Below are positions 51,520-64,000 of a stretch of 64,000 nt of DNA, one piece after another (the stretch's first letter is position 1; every line of letters starts with the position of its first letter). A program made the position numbers and the translations under genes. Below the pieces are notes generated by a model, which ran no database searches, had not been told where the DNA came from, and saw nothing but the letters and a program-made list of their open reading frames with translations. The stretch is from an uncultured Gemmatimonadales bacterium (GTDB taxonomy: Bacteria > Gemmatimonadota > Gemmatimonadetes > Gemmatimonadales > GWC2-71-9), in contig CAWHFW010000004.1 of the NCBI GenBank assembly GCA_963828735.1, positions 128,001 through 192,000 on the forward strand, in the 5' to 3' direction.

Positions 51520-54182
51520 ACGGTCGCCCGGGTGCGATCCATGGTGCCACGCGTGGCGAGCGCCGCCTGCGCGGCCGCCAGCCGGGCGATCGGAATGCGG
51601 AACGGCGAGCAGCTCACGTAGTTCATCCCGAGCCGGTCGCAGAAGGCCACTGCGGTGGGGTCTCCGCCGTGCTCACCGCAGATCCCGAGCTTGAGATCGG
51701 GCCGCGTCCGGCGGCCCAGCTCGGTTGCCATCTGGATCAGCTTGCCCACGCCGGCCTGGTCCAGCACCTGGAATGGATCGTCCTCGATCACACCGTGCTC
51801 GATGTAGTACGGCAGGAAATGCCCGGCGTCGTCGCGGCTCAAGCCCCAGGTGGTCTGGGTGAGATCGTTGGTCCCGAACGAGAAGAACTGCGCCTCGCGG
51901 GCGAGCTCGTCCGCCGTGAGCGCGGCACGGGGCAGCTCGATCATGGTGCCGAGCAGGAACGGCACCGTGATCTGTCGCTCGCGAAACACCGCCTCCGCGA
52001 CCTCCCGCACCAGCAGTGCTTGCTTCCGGAACTCCACCACGCTCGCCGTGAGCGGAACCATCACCTCCGGCATGACGCGCCCCTTCCGCGCCGCCACCGT
52101 GCAGGCTGCCTCGAAGATGGCGCGGACCTGCATGCGGGTGATCTCCGGATAGACGATGCCGAGCCGGCATCCCCGAAGGCCGAGCATCGGGTTCACCTCG
52201 TGCAGCCGGTCGATGACGGTCTGCAGGGCGTCCACCGAGATCCCGAGCTCGCCGGCCAGCGTCTCGATCTCGGCGCGCTCCTTGGGCAGGAATTCGTGCA
52301 GCGGCGGATCGAGCAGGCGGATGGTGACCGGGAAGCCCTCCATCGCGCGATAGATCGCCTCGAAATCGGACCGCTGCATCGGGAGCAGCTTGGCCAGCGC
52401 CCGCTCGCGTCCCGCAGTATCCTGCGCGACGATCATCTCCCGCATGGCCGTCAGGCGGTCGCCGTCGAAGAACATGTGCTCGGTCCGGCAGAGCCCGATG
52501 CCCTCCGCGCCGAAATCGCGTCCGCGGTGCGCGTCCGCGGGCGTGTCCGCGTTGACGCGCACGCGGAGCTGCCGGATCCGGTCGGCCCACTGCATGAGGC
52601 GGTTGAAGTCGCCACTGAGTTCGGGCGTCCGGAGCGCGGCCTGGCCGGCGAACACCTTGCCGGTGCCGCCGTCGACCGTGATCCACTGGCCCTCGGCGAG
52701 CTGACGCCCGTTCACCGCGAGGTGCCCGGACCGCTCGTCCACCTGCAGCTCCTGCGCGCCGACCACGCACGGCTTCCCCATGCCTCGCGCCACGACCGCG
52801 GCATGCGAGGTCATGCCGCCTCGGGCGGTGAGGACGGCCTTGGCCATCACCATGCCGTGGAAGTCCTCGGGCGATGTCTCGCGCCGGACCAGGATGACCG
52901 CTTGGCCCGCACGGCCGAGCTTCTCGGCCCGGTCGGCGTCGAACACGATCGTGCCGCAGGCGGCGCCCGGCGATGCGGGCAGGCCGGTGGTGAGCAGGTC
53001 GAGCTGGCTCGTGGGATCGATCGTCGGGTGCAGCAGCTGGTTCAGGTCGTGCGGCGGAATGCGCGCGACCGCCTCTTCCTCGGAGATGAGCTCCTCGTCC
53101 ACCATCTCGCAGGCGATCCGCACAGCCGCGTGGCCCGAGCGCTGGCCTCGGCGCGTCTGCAGCATGTATAGGGTACCGCGCTCGATGGTGAACTCCATGT
53201 CCTGCACGTCGCGAAAGTGCCGCTCGAGCGTGCGCGCCACCCGCTCCAGCTCCTGGTAGGAGGCTGGCAGGCCGTCCTTCAGCGTCGCGATCGGGAGCGG
53301 GGTCCGAGAGCCCGACACGACGTCCTCGCCCTGCGCGTTGAGCAGGTATTCACCGTAGAGCGCCCGCTCGCCGGTGGACGGGTCGCGCGTGAATGCGACG
53401 CCCGTGCCGGAGTCCTCGCCCAGGTTGCCGTACACCATGGCGACCACGTTCACTGCGGTCCCCATGCTGTCGGGAATGTCGTGCAGCTTCCGGTAGTCGA
53501 TCGCCCGGCGGGTGTTCCAGCTCTCGAACACGGCCGCGATCGCGCCCCACAGCTGGTCCAGCGGGTCGCTCGGGAAGTCGCGGCCGGTCTCAGCCCGCAC
53601 GTGCTCCTTGAACCGGCGCACGATGCCCTGCATCTCCTCGACGGAGAGATCGATGTCCCGCTCGACCTTGCACCGCTGCCGGTGCTCCTCCAGAATGTGC
53701 TCGAACGGCTTCCGCGAGAGATCGAAGACCACACTGCCGTACATCTGCACAAACCGGCGGTAGGAATCCCAGGCGAACTGCGGATTGCGACTCTGCCGCG
53801 TGAGACCCTCGACGGTCACGTCGTTGAGGCCGAGGTTGAGGATCGTCTCCATCATGCCCGGCATCGAGACCGCGGCGCCCGAGCGCACGCTCACGAGCAG
53901 CGGATTGTCGCCGTCGCCGAAGTGCTTGCCAGTCGCGGCTTCGACCCGGTGCAAGGCGTTCTCCACCTGGATCTGAAGGCGCTTCGGAAACTGGTGGCTG
54001 TCGAGATAGCTGAGGCAGAGATTGCTGGCGATCGTGAAGCCGGGCGGAACGGGAATGCCGATGGTGGTCATCTCGGCGAGGCCGGCTCCCTTGCCGCCGA
54101 GCACGTCCTTCATCGCCGCGGTGCCGTCCGCGCGCCCCTGGCCGAAGAAGTAGACGAGGGGCTGGGCGTAGGGGCCGCTCAT
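51516..54182 (-). CDS. ppdK: Pyruvate phosphate dikinase
   Basis: GGKGAGLAEM, SVRSGA..SMPGMM, GGMTSHAAVVARG, GLCRTEHMF, GICGEHGG. Confidence 0.97.
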   Translation of the reverse strand: MSGPYAQPLVYFFGQGRADGTAAMKDVLGGKGAGLAEMTTIGIPVPPGFTIASNLCLSYLDSHQFPKRLQIQVENALHRVEAATGKHFGDGDNPLLVSVRSGAAVSMPGMMETILNLGLNDVTVEGLTRQSRNPQFAWDSYRRFVQMYGSVVFDLSRKPFEHILEEHRQRCKVERDIDLSVEEMQGIVRRFKEHVRAETGRDFPSDPLDQLWGAIAAVFESWNTRRAIDYRKLHDIPDSMGTAVNVVAMVYGNLGEDSGTGVAFTRDPSTGERALYGEYLLNAQGEDVVSGSRTPLPIATLKDGLPASYQELERVARTLERHFRDVQDMEFTIERGTLYMLQTRRGQRSGHAAVRIACEMVDEELISEEEAVARIPPHDLNQLLHPTIDPTSQLDLLTTGLPASPGAACGTIVFDADRAEKLGRAGQAVILVRRETSPEDFHGMVMAKAVLTARGGMTSHAAVVARGMGKPCVVGAQELQVDERSGHLAVNGRQLAEGQWITVDGGTGKVFAGQAALRTPELSGDFNRLMQWADRIRQLRVRVNADTPADAHRGRDFGAEGIGLCRTEHMFFDGDRLTAMREMIVAQDTAGRERALAKLLPMQRSDFEAIYRAMEGFPVTIRLLDPPLHEFLPKERAEIETLAGELGISVDALQTVIDRLHEVNPMLGLRGCRLGIVYPEITRMQVRAIFEAACTVAARKGRVMPEVMVPLTASVVEFRKQALLVREVAEAVFRERQITVPFLLGTMIELPRAALTADELAREAQFFSFGTNDLTQTTWGLSRDDAGHFLPYYIEHGVIEDDPFQVLDQAGVGKLIQMATELGRRTRPDLKLGICGEHGGDPTAVAFCDRLGMNYVSCSPFRIPIARLAAAQAALATRGTMDRTRATV

Positions 54183-55573
54183 GCCGGAGTCGCCACCAGC
54201 GGGGACGCATGCCGAATCTGGACCAGGTCGCCGGGAATGGCCGTGGGATAGCTGCCCGAGAAGCAGGCGTGACAGTACTCGGTGTTCGGGCCGGACGCAC
54301 GCAGCATGCCGTCGAGCGACAGGTACCCGAGGGAATCGACGCCGAGGAACTCCCGGATCTCCTCGATCGAGTGCGTGGCGGCGATGAGCTCCTCCCGCGT
54401 GGGAGTGTCGATGCCGTAGAGGCACGGCCCGGTGATCGGCGGCGAGCCGAGGCGGAGATGCACCTCGTGCGCCCCCGCCGCGCGGATCATCTGAACCAGG
54501 CTCTGGCTCGTGTTGCCGCGGACGAGGCTGTCGTCCACCACCACCACGGACTTGCCCTGGATCACGTCTCGCACCGGATTGAACTTGATCTTCACCTTGG
54601 CCACCCGGTGGTCCTGGGTGGGGTTGATGAAGGTGCGACCGACGTAGTGGTTGCGGATGAGGCCGTACTCCAGCTTGGTGCCGGAGACCTCGGAGTAGCC
54701 GAGCGCCATCGCGTTCGAGCTGTCCGGAACGCTGAACACCACCTGCGCGCCGGGCGCGGGCTGCTCCCGGGCGAGCTGACGGCCGAGCTCGCGCCGCACG
54801 CGGTCCACCGACTCGCCGAAGACGGTGCTGTCGGGGCGGGCGAAGTACACCAGCTCGAAGACGCAGCGGCTGACGGGCCTGGGAGCGAGCCGGGGAAGCT
54901 CCGTGACCTGGCCGTCCTCGATCCGGACGAACTCGCCCGGCTGCAGCTCGCACGTGATGTTCGCGCCAAGCAGGTCGAGCGCGCAGGTCTCCGACGCCAC
55001 GACCATCCCGCCCGACAGGCGGCCCATCACGAGCGGCCGGAAGCCGCGGCTGTCGACCACCGCGTAGAGCGTGCGGCCGACGGTGATCACCAGGGTGTAG
55101 GCGCCGTCCACCTGCTCCAGCGCGTCCCGGATTTGGCCCTCGACCGTGTCGGCCTCCGAGCGCGCGATGAGATGCACGAGCACCTCGGTGTCGCTCGAGG
55201 TCGTGAAGATGGCACCCTTGTCGACCAGCTCCCGCTTGAGCTCGGCGGCATTGATGATGTTGCCGTTGTGCGCGATCGCGAGCGGTCCGCAGCGGGTCGC
55301 CACGTTGCAGGGCTGCGCGTTGGCGAGAACGGTGCTGCCGGTCGTCGAGTAGCGAGTGTGGCCCACGGCGACGTCGCCGGGCAGCGTCCCCAGGATCGGC
55401 TCCTCGAAGGTCTCGCTCACGAGCCCCATCCCGCGGTGCGAGCGGGCGTGGCCCTCGCGGTCGATCGCGACGATGCCGGCGCTCTCCTGCCCTCGGTGCT
55501 GCAGGGCGTAGAGGCCGAGATAGGTGAGCCGGGCCGCGTCAGGGATCCCGGAGACGCCGATGATGCCGCACAT
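54179..55573 (-). CDS. purF: Amidophosphoribosyltransferase
   Basis: N-terminal MCG, QHRGQESAG, VVVDDSLVRG, Fe-S Cys (CHACF). Confidence 0.97.
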   Translation of the reverse strand: MCGIIGVSGIPDAARLTYLGLYALQHRGQESAGIVAIDREGHARSHRGMGLVSETFEEPILGTLPGDVAVGHTRYSTTGSTVLANAQPCNVATRCGPLAIAHNGNIINAAELKRELVDKGAIFTTSSDTEVLVHLIARSEADTVEGQIRDALEQVDGAYTLVITVGRTLYAVVDSRGFRPLVMGRLSGGMVVASETCALDLLGANITCELQPGEFVRIEDGQVTELPRLAPRPVSRCVFELVYFARPDSTVFGESVDRVRRELGRQLAREQPAPGAQVVFSVPDSSNAMALGYSEVSGTKLEYGLIRNHYVGRTFINPTQDHRVAKVKIKFNPVRDVIQGKSVVVVDDSLVRGNTSQSLVQMIRAAGAHEVHLRLGSPPITGPCLYGIDTPTREELIAATHSIEEIREFLGVDSLGYLSLDGMLRASGPNTEYCHACFSGSYPTAIPGDLVQIRHASPLVATPA

Positions 55574-55576
55574 GCC

Positions 55577-57892
55577 TTACTCTCCCGCCGAGCGGTCCAC
55601 GTCCGGATGCTGCATCCGGCGCGGGATCGCCATGAAATAGGTCTGGCGCAGCGTGTCTACAGGCCAAGTGAACACCCGAGAGCCGAGCCGCAGTTCCAGC
55701 ACGCCGGCGGGGGCGGTGACGCGACCCGCGTGGTGCACCGGGACCCCGTGTTCCCTCGCGAGCGCCATGACGGCCTCTAGATGCTCCGGGTTCACCGAAA
55801 CGACTGCCCGGGCGCCGTTCTCGCCGTACAGCAGCCCGTCGGCCGGCGCATCCGCGCCCAGCGCCGTGAGGTCCACCGAGGCGCCGAGCCCACCCTGGGC
55901 GTAGGCGCCGCCGAGGGCCGCTTCCGCCAGCGCGACGGCCAGTCCTCCCTCCGAACAGTCGTGCGCCGAGTGGAACAGCCGCCTCGCGGCCCCCGCGACG
56001 AGCAGACGCTGCAGGGACCGCTCGGCCTCGAGGTCGACGCGCGCGGGCCGGCCGCCGATGAAGTCGTACACCTCGGCCCAGTAGGCGGAGCCCCCGAGCT
56101 GGCCCGTCGTCGTCCCGAGGATGAGGATCTCGTCGCCCGCCGCCGAGAAGTGGCTCGACACCCGCGCCTCCACCTGCTCGAGCAGGCCGACCATTCCAAC
56201 CGTGGGGGTGGGATCGACGGCGCCCGTGGGACTCTCGTTGTAAAAGCTCACGTTGCCGCCCGTGACCGGCGTGTCGAACGCGCGGCAGGCGTCGGCGATG
56301 CCCCGGCAGGCCTCCCGGAACTGGAAGAACACCTCGGGCTTTTCCGGGTTGCCGAAGTTGAGGCAATCGGTGATGCCCAGCGGCAGTGCGCCGGTGCAGG
56401 CGATGTTCCGGGCGGCCTCGGCAACGGTGGCCTTGCCGCCTTCGTACGGGTCGAGCGCCACGAGGCGGTTGTTGCAGTCCACGGTCACCGCCAGCCCGAA
56501 CGTCGTGCCCGGGACCCGCAGGACGCCCGCGTCCCCGCCGGGGCCGAGGACCGTCGACGCCTGCACGGTCGAGTCGAACTGCTCGTACACCCAGCGCTTG
56601 CTCGCGATGGTGGGCGAATCGAGCAGCAGGGGAAGCGCGCCCTGGAGATCGGCCTTGGCGGGCGTGTCGGGAGCGGCGGCACGTCGGGCCTTCGCGTCCT
56701 CGCCTTCGCGCGCCTCGGGATCGTAGATCGGGCAGTCGTCCACCAGCCGCTGGCCCGGGATGGCCGCCACCACCAGCCCCTGGTGGCGGACGCGGAAGAC
56801 GCCGTCGTCGGTGACCTGGCCGATCGGGGTCGCGCCCAGCTCCCACTTGGCGCATACGCCCTGAATCTCGGGCACGCGGTGCGGTTCCGCCACGACGAGC
56901 ATGCGCTCCTGCGATTCGGAGAGCAGGATCTCGTACGGCGTCATCCCGGCCTCGCGGGTCGGCACGAGGCCGGTGTCGATCTCGACCCCCACGCCCCCGC
57001 GCGCGGCCATCTCGGCGCTCGAGCTGGTGAGACCCGCCGCGCCCATGTCCTGAATGGCGACGATCAGCCCCGAGGTGATGAGCTCCAGGCTCGCTTCCAG
57101 GAGGAGCTTCTCGGTGAACGGATCGCCCACCTGGACCTGCGGGCGGCGCGCCTCGCTCTTCTCGCTCAGCTCCTCCGACGCGAAGCTCGCGCCGTGGATG
57201 CCGTCTCGACCGGTTCGTGCCCCGACGCAAAGCAGGACGTTGCCTACGCCGTGGGCCGCGGCGCGGATCAACTCCGCCTCCCGAAGCAATCCGACGCACA
57301 TCGCGTTCACCAGGGGATTGCCGGTGTACCCCGGAGCGAAGCCGACCTCGCCGCCGAGCGTCGGGATGCCGACGCAGTTGCCGTAGTCACCCACGCCGCG
57401 CACGACGCCGGCGAACAGGTAGCGGTTCCGGGGAACATCGAGCGGCCCGAACCGCAGGCTGTTGAGCACCGCGACCGGGCGGGCGCCCATCGTGAACACG
57501 TCGCGCAGGATCCCGCCCACGCCCGTGGCCGCGCCCTGGTAGGGCTCGACGGCGGACGGGTGGTTGTGGGACTCGATCTTGAACGCGACCGCCCATCCGT
57601 CGGGCAGGCGGAGCACGCCCGCATTCTCGCCGGGACCCTGGACCACCTGGGGTCCGGTGGTCGGAAACCGCTTGAGGACGGGCTTGGAGTGCTTGTAGGA
57701 GCAGTGCTCCGACCAGAGCGCGGAGAAGACGCCGAGCTCCGTCAGGGTGGGCGCGCGGCCCAGCATCTCGACGATGCGGCCGTATTCGAGGTCGTTGAGG
57801 TTGTGCTCCGCGACCATCTCCGGGGTGACGGGGCGCTCGCCCGGCAAGGAGAACGCTTCGGTGGCACCGATGGCCGCGGCGGAGCCGGTCAC
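55577..57892 (-). CDS. purL: Phosphoribosylformylglycinamidine synthase subunit PurL (small type)
   Basis: [42 protein letters not shown]. Confidence 0.96.
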   Translation of the reverse strand: MTGSAAAIGATEAFSLPGERPVTPEMVAEHNLNDLEYGRIVEMLGRAPTLTELGVFSALWSEHCSYKHSKPVLKRFPTTGPQVVQGPGENAGVLRLPDGWAVAFKIESHNHPSAVEPYQGAATGVGGILRDVFTMGARPVAVLNSLRFGPLDVPRNRYLFAGVVRGVGDYGNCVGIPTLGGEVGFAPGYTGNPLVNAMCVGLLREAELIRAAAHGVGNVLLCVGARTGRDGIHGASFASEELSEKSEARRPQVQVGDPFTEKLLLEASLELITSGLIVAIQDMGAAGLTSSSAEMAARGGVGVEIDTGLVPTREAGMTPYEILLSESQERMLVVAEPHRVPEIQGVCAKWELGATPIGQVTDDGVFRVRHQGLVVAAIPGQRLVDDCPIYDPEAREGEDAKARRAAAPDTPAKADLQGALPLLLDSPTIASKRWVYEQFDSTVQASTVLGPGGDAGVLRVPGTTFGLAVTVDCNNRLVALDPYEGGKATVAEAARNIACTGALPLGITDCLNFGNPEKPEVFFQFREACRGIADACRAFDTPVTGGNVSFYNESPTGAVDPTPTVGMVGLLEQVEARVSSHFSAAGDEILILGTTTGQLGGSAYWAEVYDFIGGRPARVDLEAERSLQRLLVAGAARRLFHSAHDCSEGGLAVALAEAALGGAYAQGGLGASVDLTALGADAPADGLLYGENGARAVVSVNPEHLEAVMALAREHGVPVHHAGRVTAPAGVLELRLGSRVFTWPVDTLRQTYFMAIPRRMQHPDVDRSAGE

Positions 57893-58221
57893 CGCTGTTC
57901 CCAGTCGCGCACGTGCGGCAGGCTTCCCAGCGCGTCCGTGATGATGCGTGTCAGGAGCGCCGGACGGTGCTCGTGCGCCACCGCGTCCAAATCGTCCGCG
58001 TCGATCCACATGCCTCCGCAGCGCGGGCAGGTTTCGATCAACACGCCGTGATACTCCTTGCTCGCGAGGTCGTAGCCGTCCTTCGGACACTTCATGTAGT
58101 GGGTCTTCCGCTCGGCGGCCGTTGCGGCGGCCTCGGCGGCGGCGCGCTCCTTCTGGAGCAGCTCGGCGTCATGCTGGGCGAAATACTGGCCTTCGTTACG
58201 GCTGGGTCTTGGTATGGTCAT
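57889..58221 (-). CDS. zf-TFIIB-like zinc-ribbon protein (110 aa)
   Basis: [17 protein letters not shown]; start and stop overlap purQ and purL. Confidence 0.8.
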   Translation of the reverse strand: MTIPRPSRNEGQYFAQHDAELLQKERAAAEAAATAAERKTHYMKCPKDGYDLASKEYHGVLIETCPRCGGMWIDADDLDAVAHEHRPALLTRIITDALGSLPHVRDWEQR

Positions 58222-58937
58222 GTGCTCGGCACGTTGAGCGACGAGCCCCGCGGCTGCCAGGCCGCGAGGGACGTGAAGAATCCGAGACCGTCGGGGATCC
58301 CGAGCAGGGTCTCTGCGATGCGCTCGGGGTGGGGCATGATCCCGACGACGGTGCCCGAGGCGTTGGAGATGCCCGCGATGTGGTTGGCGGAGCCGTTGGG
58401 GTTGGGCTGGAGCGGCGACGACTCGCTCCCCGGCACGTACCGCAGCACGACCCGTCCCTCGGCCTCGAGCATCCGGAGCGTGTCGTCGGCGGCGACGAAA
58501 CGGCCGTCGCCGTGCGCCACCGGCAGGCGGAGCCGCGTGCCGGGCGCGTAGGCCGAGGTGAACACGGTCTCGGTCCGCTCCACGACGACGTCCACCGGCT
58601 TCGAGACGAAGGTGAGGCCCGCGTTCCGCATGAGCGCGCCGGGGAGCAGGTGCGCCTCGCACAGGATCTGGAAGCCGTTGCAGATGCCGAGCACGGGGCC
58701 GCCTTCCGCCGCGTGGCGCTGGACGGCCTGCATCATGGGGCTGAACCGCGCGATCGCGCCCGAGCGGAGATAGTCGCCATAGCTGAAGCCGCCGGGCAGG
58801 AGCACGACGTCGGCAGCGCGAAGGCTCGTGTCACGATGCCACACGAAATACGCGTTCGCGCCGACCCGTTCGGCCGCGCGCAACGAGTCGAAATCGCAGT
58901 TGCTGCCCGGGAACCGCACCACCGCCACGTTGAGCAT
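58218..58937 (-). CDS. purQ: FGAM synthase glutaminase subunit
   Basis: FPGSNCD, GGFSYGDYLR, GICNGFQIL, MPHPER. Confidence 0.96.
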   Translation of the reverse strand: MLNVAVVRFPGSNCDFDSLRAAERVGANAYFVWHRDTSLRAADVVLLPGGFSYGDYLRSGAIARFSPMMQAVQRHAAEGGPVLGICNGFQILCEAHLLPGALMRNAGLTFVSKPVDVVVERTETVFTSAYAPGTRLRLPVAHGDGRFVAADDTLRMLEAEGRVVLRYVPGSESSPLQPNPNGSANHIAGISNASGTVVGIMPHPERIAETLLGIPDGLGFFTSLAAWQPRGSSLNVPST

Positions 58938-59191
58938 CAGGCGTCCTCCACCTGCAGGAGGTAGTCCTCGGTCACGGGATTCGCGAGCAGCTTGTCGCAC
59001 ATCTGCCGGACCCGCGTTTCGGCCTCGGCGCGCGACGCCGCCGACACCTCGAGCTCGATGGCCCGACCGATGCGCACCCCGCCGGCCTCGGCGAAGCCCA
59101 AGGCGGACAGCGCGTGCTCCACCGCCTGGCCCTGCGGATCGAGGAGTCCGGTTCTCGGCATCACCCGTACGTGTACCCGGTAGCTCATCAT
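58937..59191 (-). CDS. purS: FGAM synthase subunit PurS
   Basis: [15 protein letters not shown]. Confidence 0.95.
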   Translation of the reverse strand: MMSYRVHVRVMPRTGLLDPQGQAVEHALSALGFAEAGGVRIGRAIELEVSAASRAEAETRVRQMCDKLLANPVTEDYLLQVEDA

Positions 59192-60081
59192 TCCTCTGAC
59201 TGCTGGCGTCGGTCGGTCCAGCCCGCGCGCCGTTCGATGGGAGGGCCGGCCTGGCCCACTGCCCGGGCCGGCTCACCGGCCTCGGCGAGGTGCTCCTCGA
59301 CCGGCACGGTCTGCTCCTGCCGTTCCATGAGCCCCAGCACCGTCGCGCGGACGACGCCGAACGCGACGTAGAAGAGGCCCAGCGGAAACAGAAAATACTC
59401 TGGGGCGAGCACCGCGCCGAAGAGGATCGCGAGATGGACCGCCAGCCCGAAGATCCCCTTGGCGCTGCGGAGTCCGATCGGCGGAAACTTCGGATACTTC
59501 ACGTTGCTCACCATGAGCACCGCGAGCAGGAGCATCAGCACGACCAGACCCTGGTGCTGCAGGTCGAGGTAGGCCACGCTGGCGCGGTACCACTCGGTCT
59601 GGCTGAACGGGTAGTACACGGCCAGCGTCATGCCCGCCGAGGGTGAGGGCAGCCCGGTGAACCACCCGGTGGAGGGCTTGCCGGCCGACGTCACGTTGAA
59701 CCGCGCGAGCCGGAGCGCGACGGCCGTGACGTAGATGAACGAGAGGATCCAGGCGAACCGGCCCGCGCTCGCGAAGTCGAGGAAGTAGATGAGCAGGGCG
59801 GGGGCGACGCCGAAGGAGATCACGTCCACGAGCGAGTCGAGCTCCGCGCCGAACCGGGACCCCGTGTTCGACAGCCGGGCCACGCGGCCGTCGAGCATGT
59901 CGAGAATGCCGGAGAAGACGATGAACCATCCCGCCCAGCGGAAGTTGCCGTTGAAGGCGGAGACGATCGCCCAGAATCCGAAGAACAGGTTGCCGAGCGT
60001 GAACGCGCTCGGCATCACGACGACGACCTGCCGCATCGTCGGACGCCGGCGCGGGCCGCTCCCCCGAGGAATCAGCTCCAT
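59188..60081 (-). CDS. pssA: CDP-diacylglycerol-serine O-phosphatidyltransferase (alt start 60036)
   Basis: [40 protein letters not shown]. Confidence 0.92.
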   Translation of the reverse strand: MELIPRGSGPRRRPTMRQVVVVMPSAFTLGNLFFGFWAIVSAFNGNFRWAGWFIVFSGILDMLDGRVARLSNTGSRFGAELDSLVDVISFGVAPALLIYFLDFASAGRFAWILSFIYVTAVALRLARFNVTSAGKPSTGWFTGLPSPSAGMTLAVYYPFSQTEWYRASVAYLDLQHQGLVVLMLLLAVLMVSNVKYPKFPPIGLRSAKGIFGLAVHLAILFGAVLAPEYFLFPLGLFYVAFGVVRATVLGLMERQEQTVPVEEHLAEAGEPARAVGQAGPPIERRAGWTDRRQQSEE

Positions 60082-60722
60082 TCGGCCACCACCGTTACCC
60101 CCACCCGCGTGGTGTCGCCCACGTGCGCCAGCACGCGGGTGCCCAGCGGAAGGAACAGGTCCACTCGCGAGCCGAACCGGATCATGCCCAGCCGCTCGCC
60201 CTGGTGCACCGCCGCACCGACCGGGTGGTCGGTCACGATGCGTCGCGCTACGAGCCCGGCGATCTGTCGGATGAGCACCTTGCCGCGCGCCGTGGCGAGC
60301 CCGATGGACGACTGCTCGTTGGAGAGGCTCGCCTTTTCCGCGCCGGCATGCCCGAACTCGCCGGGATTGTAGTTCCGGTAGGCTACGGTGCCGTCCGTCG
60401 GATACCGGTTCACGTGACAATCGAACACGTTCATGAAGATCGATATCCGCTGCGCGCGCCCACCGAAGAACGCCGGCTCCTCTACCTCGATCACACTCAC
60501 GACCTTGCCGTCCGCCGGGGCGACGATCAGCCGTTCGCCGCGCGACCACGGTCGCTCGGGATCGCGGAAGAACGCGACCACCCAGACGGCGAGGATACCC
60601 CAGACCGCCGCCGCCACGACCCATCCCGCCGACGTTCTCGCGACCGCCGTCCCGATCAACGCCAGTGCCACCGCCCACGCGCCGATGATGAACCAGCGCC
60701 CTTCCGGTGCGGTGCGGATCAC
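60072..60722 (-). CDS. psd: Phosphatidylserine decarboxylase proenzyme
   Basis: FFRDPER, APADG, HVNR, QIAG..ARRI, FGSRVD. Confidence 0.94.
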   Translation of the reverse strand: MIRTAPEGRWFIIGAWAVALALIGTAVARTSAGWVVAAAVWGILAVWVVAFFRDPERPWSRGERLIVAPADGKVVSVIEVEEPAFFGGRAQRISIFMNVFDCHVNRYPTDGTVAYRNYNPGEFGHAGAEKASLSNEQSSIGLATARGKVLIRQIAGLVARRIVTDHPVGAAVHQGERLGMIRFGSRVDLFLPLGTRVLAHVGDTTRVGVTVVAEWS

Positions 60723-61639
60723 GCCGTGTCCTCCAACGCGCGGCCGGTGATGAGCCGGAACGCCTCGAGGTAGCGCCGGCTCGTGGCCTCGACGACCTCG
60801 GCCGGCAGCGGCGGCGGTGGCGCCTCACCATTCCAGTGGCCCGCGGTCCTGAGGCCCGCGAGATAGTCGCGGAGCGGCTGCTTGTCGAAGCTCGGCTGGC
60901 TCCGGCCGGGCGTGTAGCGCTCGCCGGGCCAGAAGCGCGAGCTGTCCGGGGTCATCAGCTCGTCGATGAGGAGCAGCGTGCCCTCGGCGGTCGTTCCGAA
61001 CTCGAACTTGGTGTCGGCGATGAGGATGCCCTGGGAGGCCGCGTGATCTCGCCCGCCGCGGTAGATGGCGAAGCTCGCCTCCCGGAGGCGGGCCGTGAGC
61101 TCGCGACCCAGAGTCTCGGCCATCCGATCGATCGTCACGTTCTCGTCGTGCCCGCTCTCGGCCTTGGTTGCCGGCGAGAAGAGCGGGGGGTCGAGTCGGT
61201 CGCTTTCCCGGAGGCCGGCCGGCAGCGGCTCACCCGCGAGGGTGCCGCGATCGCGGTATTCCGCCCACGCTGAGCCCGAGAGATAGCCTCGCACGACACA
61301 CTCGAACGGCACCGGCGCGCTCCGGCGGACGAGCATCGCGCGGCCCGCGATCTCGCTCTCGCGCCCCGCGAGGGCGGGAACGCGCGCGACGACGTCGGCG
61401 GTGCGAGCCGTCACGTAGTGCGACGGAAAGACCGCGGCGAGCCGCTCGAACCAGAACGCGCTCATCTGGGTGAGCACCGCACCCTTCCGCGGGATCGGCT
61501 CGCGCATGACGATGTCGAACGCACTCACGCGGTCGCTCGCGACCAGCAGGAGATGAGCGGCGTCGACCTCGTACACCTCGCGGACCTTCCCACGGCGGAG
61601 CAGCGGGAGCGGCAGCCGGCTCTCGGTGATCGTCGTCAT
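60719..61639 (-). CDS. purC: SAICAR synthetase
   Basis: [38 protein letters not shown]. Confidence 0.96.
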   Translation of the reverse strand: MTTITESRLPLPLLRRGKVREVYEVDAAHLLLVASDRVSAFDIVMREPIPRKGAVLTQMSAFWFERLAAVFPSHYVTARTADVVARVPALAGRESEIAGRAMLVRRSAPVPFECVVRGYLSGSAWAEYRDRGTLAGEPLPAGLRESDRLDPPLFSPATKAESGHDENVTIDRMAETLGRELTARLREASFAIYRGGRDHAASQGILIADTKFEFGTTAEGTLLLIDELMTPDSSRFWPGERYTPGRSQPSFDKQPLRDYLAGLRTAGHWNGEAPPPPLPAEVVEATSRRYLEAFRLITGRALEDTA

Positions 61640-63071
61640 ACCCGCACCTCCGCCCCGCCGGCTTCGGCGGCCAGCGGCCGCGCGCGCTCGAGCAGCGGGT
61701 GCAGGTATTCGTCGAGAAACTCGCCGACCTGGCGGGCGGCCCGCCCCGTGTAGCTCGCGGGTTCGAGCTCGGCCCGGAGCGAGCTCGCGGGGACGTCCCG
61801 GAAGGCGGGATCCCCCGCGAGGCGGTCCAGGAGGTCGTTGCTCGCGCCTCGGCTCACGGCCTCGGCCACGGCGAGGCTGTGCTGGCGAATCACCTCGTGG
61901 AGCGCCTGGCGGTCGCCGCCCGCGCCGACGCCAAGCATGAGCCAGCGCTCGGTCGCCATGAAGGGCATCTGCTCGGCGACGTGCCGGCGGATCACGTCCT
62001 CCCGCACCTCGAGGCCCGCGGCGACGTTGGTCGCGAGGACGAGGATCGCGTCGGCTCCGAGGAACGCCTCGGGCAGGGTGAGGCGGCGATTGGCGCTGTC
62101 GTCGAGCGTGCGCTCGAGCCACTGGCTCGCGGCGGTGTGCGCGCCGTTGGCCTGGAGCGAGATGACGAATCGTGCGATGCCGGCGATGCGCTCGGCGCGC
62201 ATCGGGTTCCGCTTGTAGGCCATGGCGCTGGAGCCGATCTGCTCGGACTCGAACGGCTCGAGCAGCTCGCCTTCGTGCTGCAGGAGCCGAAGGTCGCCCG
62301 CCATCTTGCCCGCCGACTGCGCGATGCCGCTCAGCGCGTCGAGCACCGTGCTGTCGGCCTTGCGGGGGTAGGTCTGCCCGGTGACGGCGTATTGCTCGCG
62401 GAACCCGAGCTTGGCCGTAACCCGCCGTTCGAGCTCCCGCACCTTGCCGTCATCGCCGGCGAACAGCTCCAGGAAGGATGCCTGCGTGCCGGTCGTGCCC
62501 TGGCAGCCCCGGAAGCGAAGGGCCTCGAGCCGGTGCGCGATCTCCTCGACGTCGAGCGCGAAGTCCTGCATCCAGAGCGTCGCGCGTTTGCCGACCGTGG
62601 TGAGCTGCGCGGGCTGGAAGTGGGTGTAGGCAAGGCAGGGGATGTCCGCCGTGCGGCGCGCGAAACCCTCGAGCGCCGAGAGCACCGCGATCAGGCGTCC
62701 GAGCAGCAGCCGGAGTCCGTCCCGCATCACGATCAGATCGGCGTTGTCGGTGACGAACGCACTGGTGGCGCCCAGGTGGAGAAACGGCCGCGCCGCCGGC
62801 GCCTGGTCCCCGAAGGCATGCACGTGGGCCATGACGTCATGCCGGAAGCGGCGCTCGTACCGGCCGGCGGCCGCGAGATCGGCGTCGTCGAGGTGCGCGC
62901 GCATCTGCGCGAGCGCTTCGTCGGGAATGGCGAGCCCGAGCTCGCGCTCCGCTTCCGCCAGCGCGAGCCAGAGGCGGCGCCAGAGCCCGATCCGATGCGT
63001 CTCGCCCCACAGCCGTTGCATGGCGGGAGAGGCGTAGCGCGTTCCGAGCGGCGAGCGCCAGCGGTCGTCGG

Positions 63072-63075
<4 letters not shown>
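61636..63075 (-). CDS. purB: Adenylosuccinate lyase
   Basis: [33 protein letters not shown]. Confidence 0.95.

Positions 63076-64000
<925 letters not shown>

Overview
High-GC core-chromosome segment, most consistent with a Gemmatimonadota (Gemmatimonadales-like) genome. That is an inference from gene content, a GWxTD-type protein, the tmRNA tag ANSNLALAA and the intergenic repeat style. The + strand (1-36 kb) carries the rpsA 3' end, an M48 peptidase, an acyl-CoA carboxylase cluster interrupted by a secreted hypothetical and an RNA m5U methyltransferase, then rplM-rpsI-rpsB-tsf-pyrH-frr-uppS-cdsA-dxr-rseP, rpsO-pnp-M16 peptidase-ald-dut, mreBCD-mrdA-rodA and accD-folC-hisS-proS-lysA-guaA-thioesterase. 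The middle (36-51 kb) is more variable: a 48-aa membrane protein, GWxTD protein, PTS IIA, secreted propeller protein, dusB-larB-corA-diguanylate cyclase, tmRNA, two lipoproteins (one leishmanolysin-like), a Cys-desulfurase-like enzyme and a stand-alone WYL-like gene. The - strand (49-64 kb) carries htrA-purB-purC-psd-pssA-purS-purQ-Zn ribbon-purL-purF-ppdK and purE-purK-DUF2911. mrdA and hisS have indels that look like consensus errors. I see no integrase, transposase, prophage, CRISPR, tRNA, rRNA or obvious defence system, and no clear-cut novel system. The best leads are an orphan larB in a dusB/corA/DGC operon, ppdK and a Zn-ribbon gene coupled inside the pur operon, probable leaderless genes including a 6-codon uORF coupled to mreB, a lone WYL-like gene and a secreted DUF2723-like protein.
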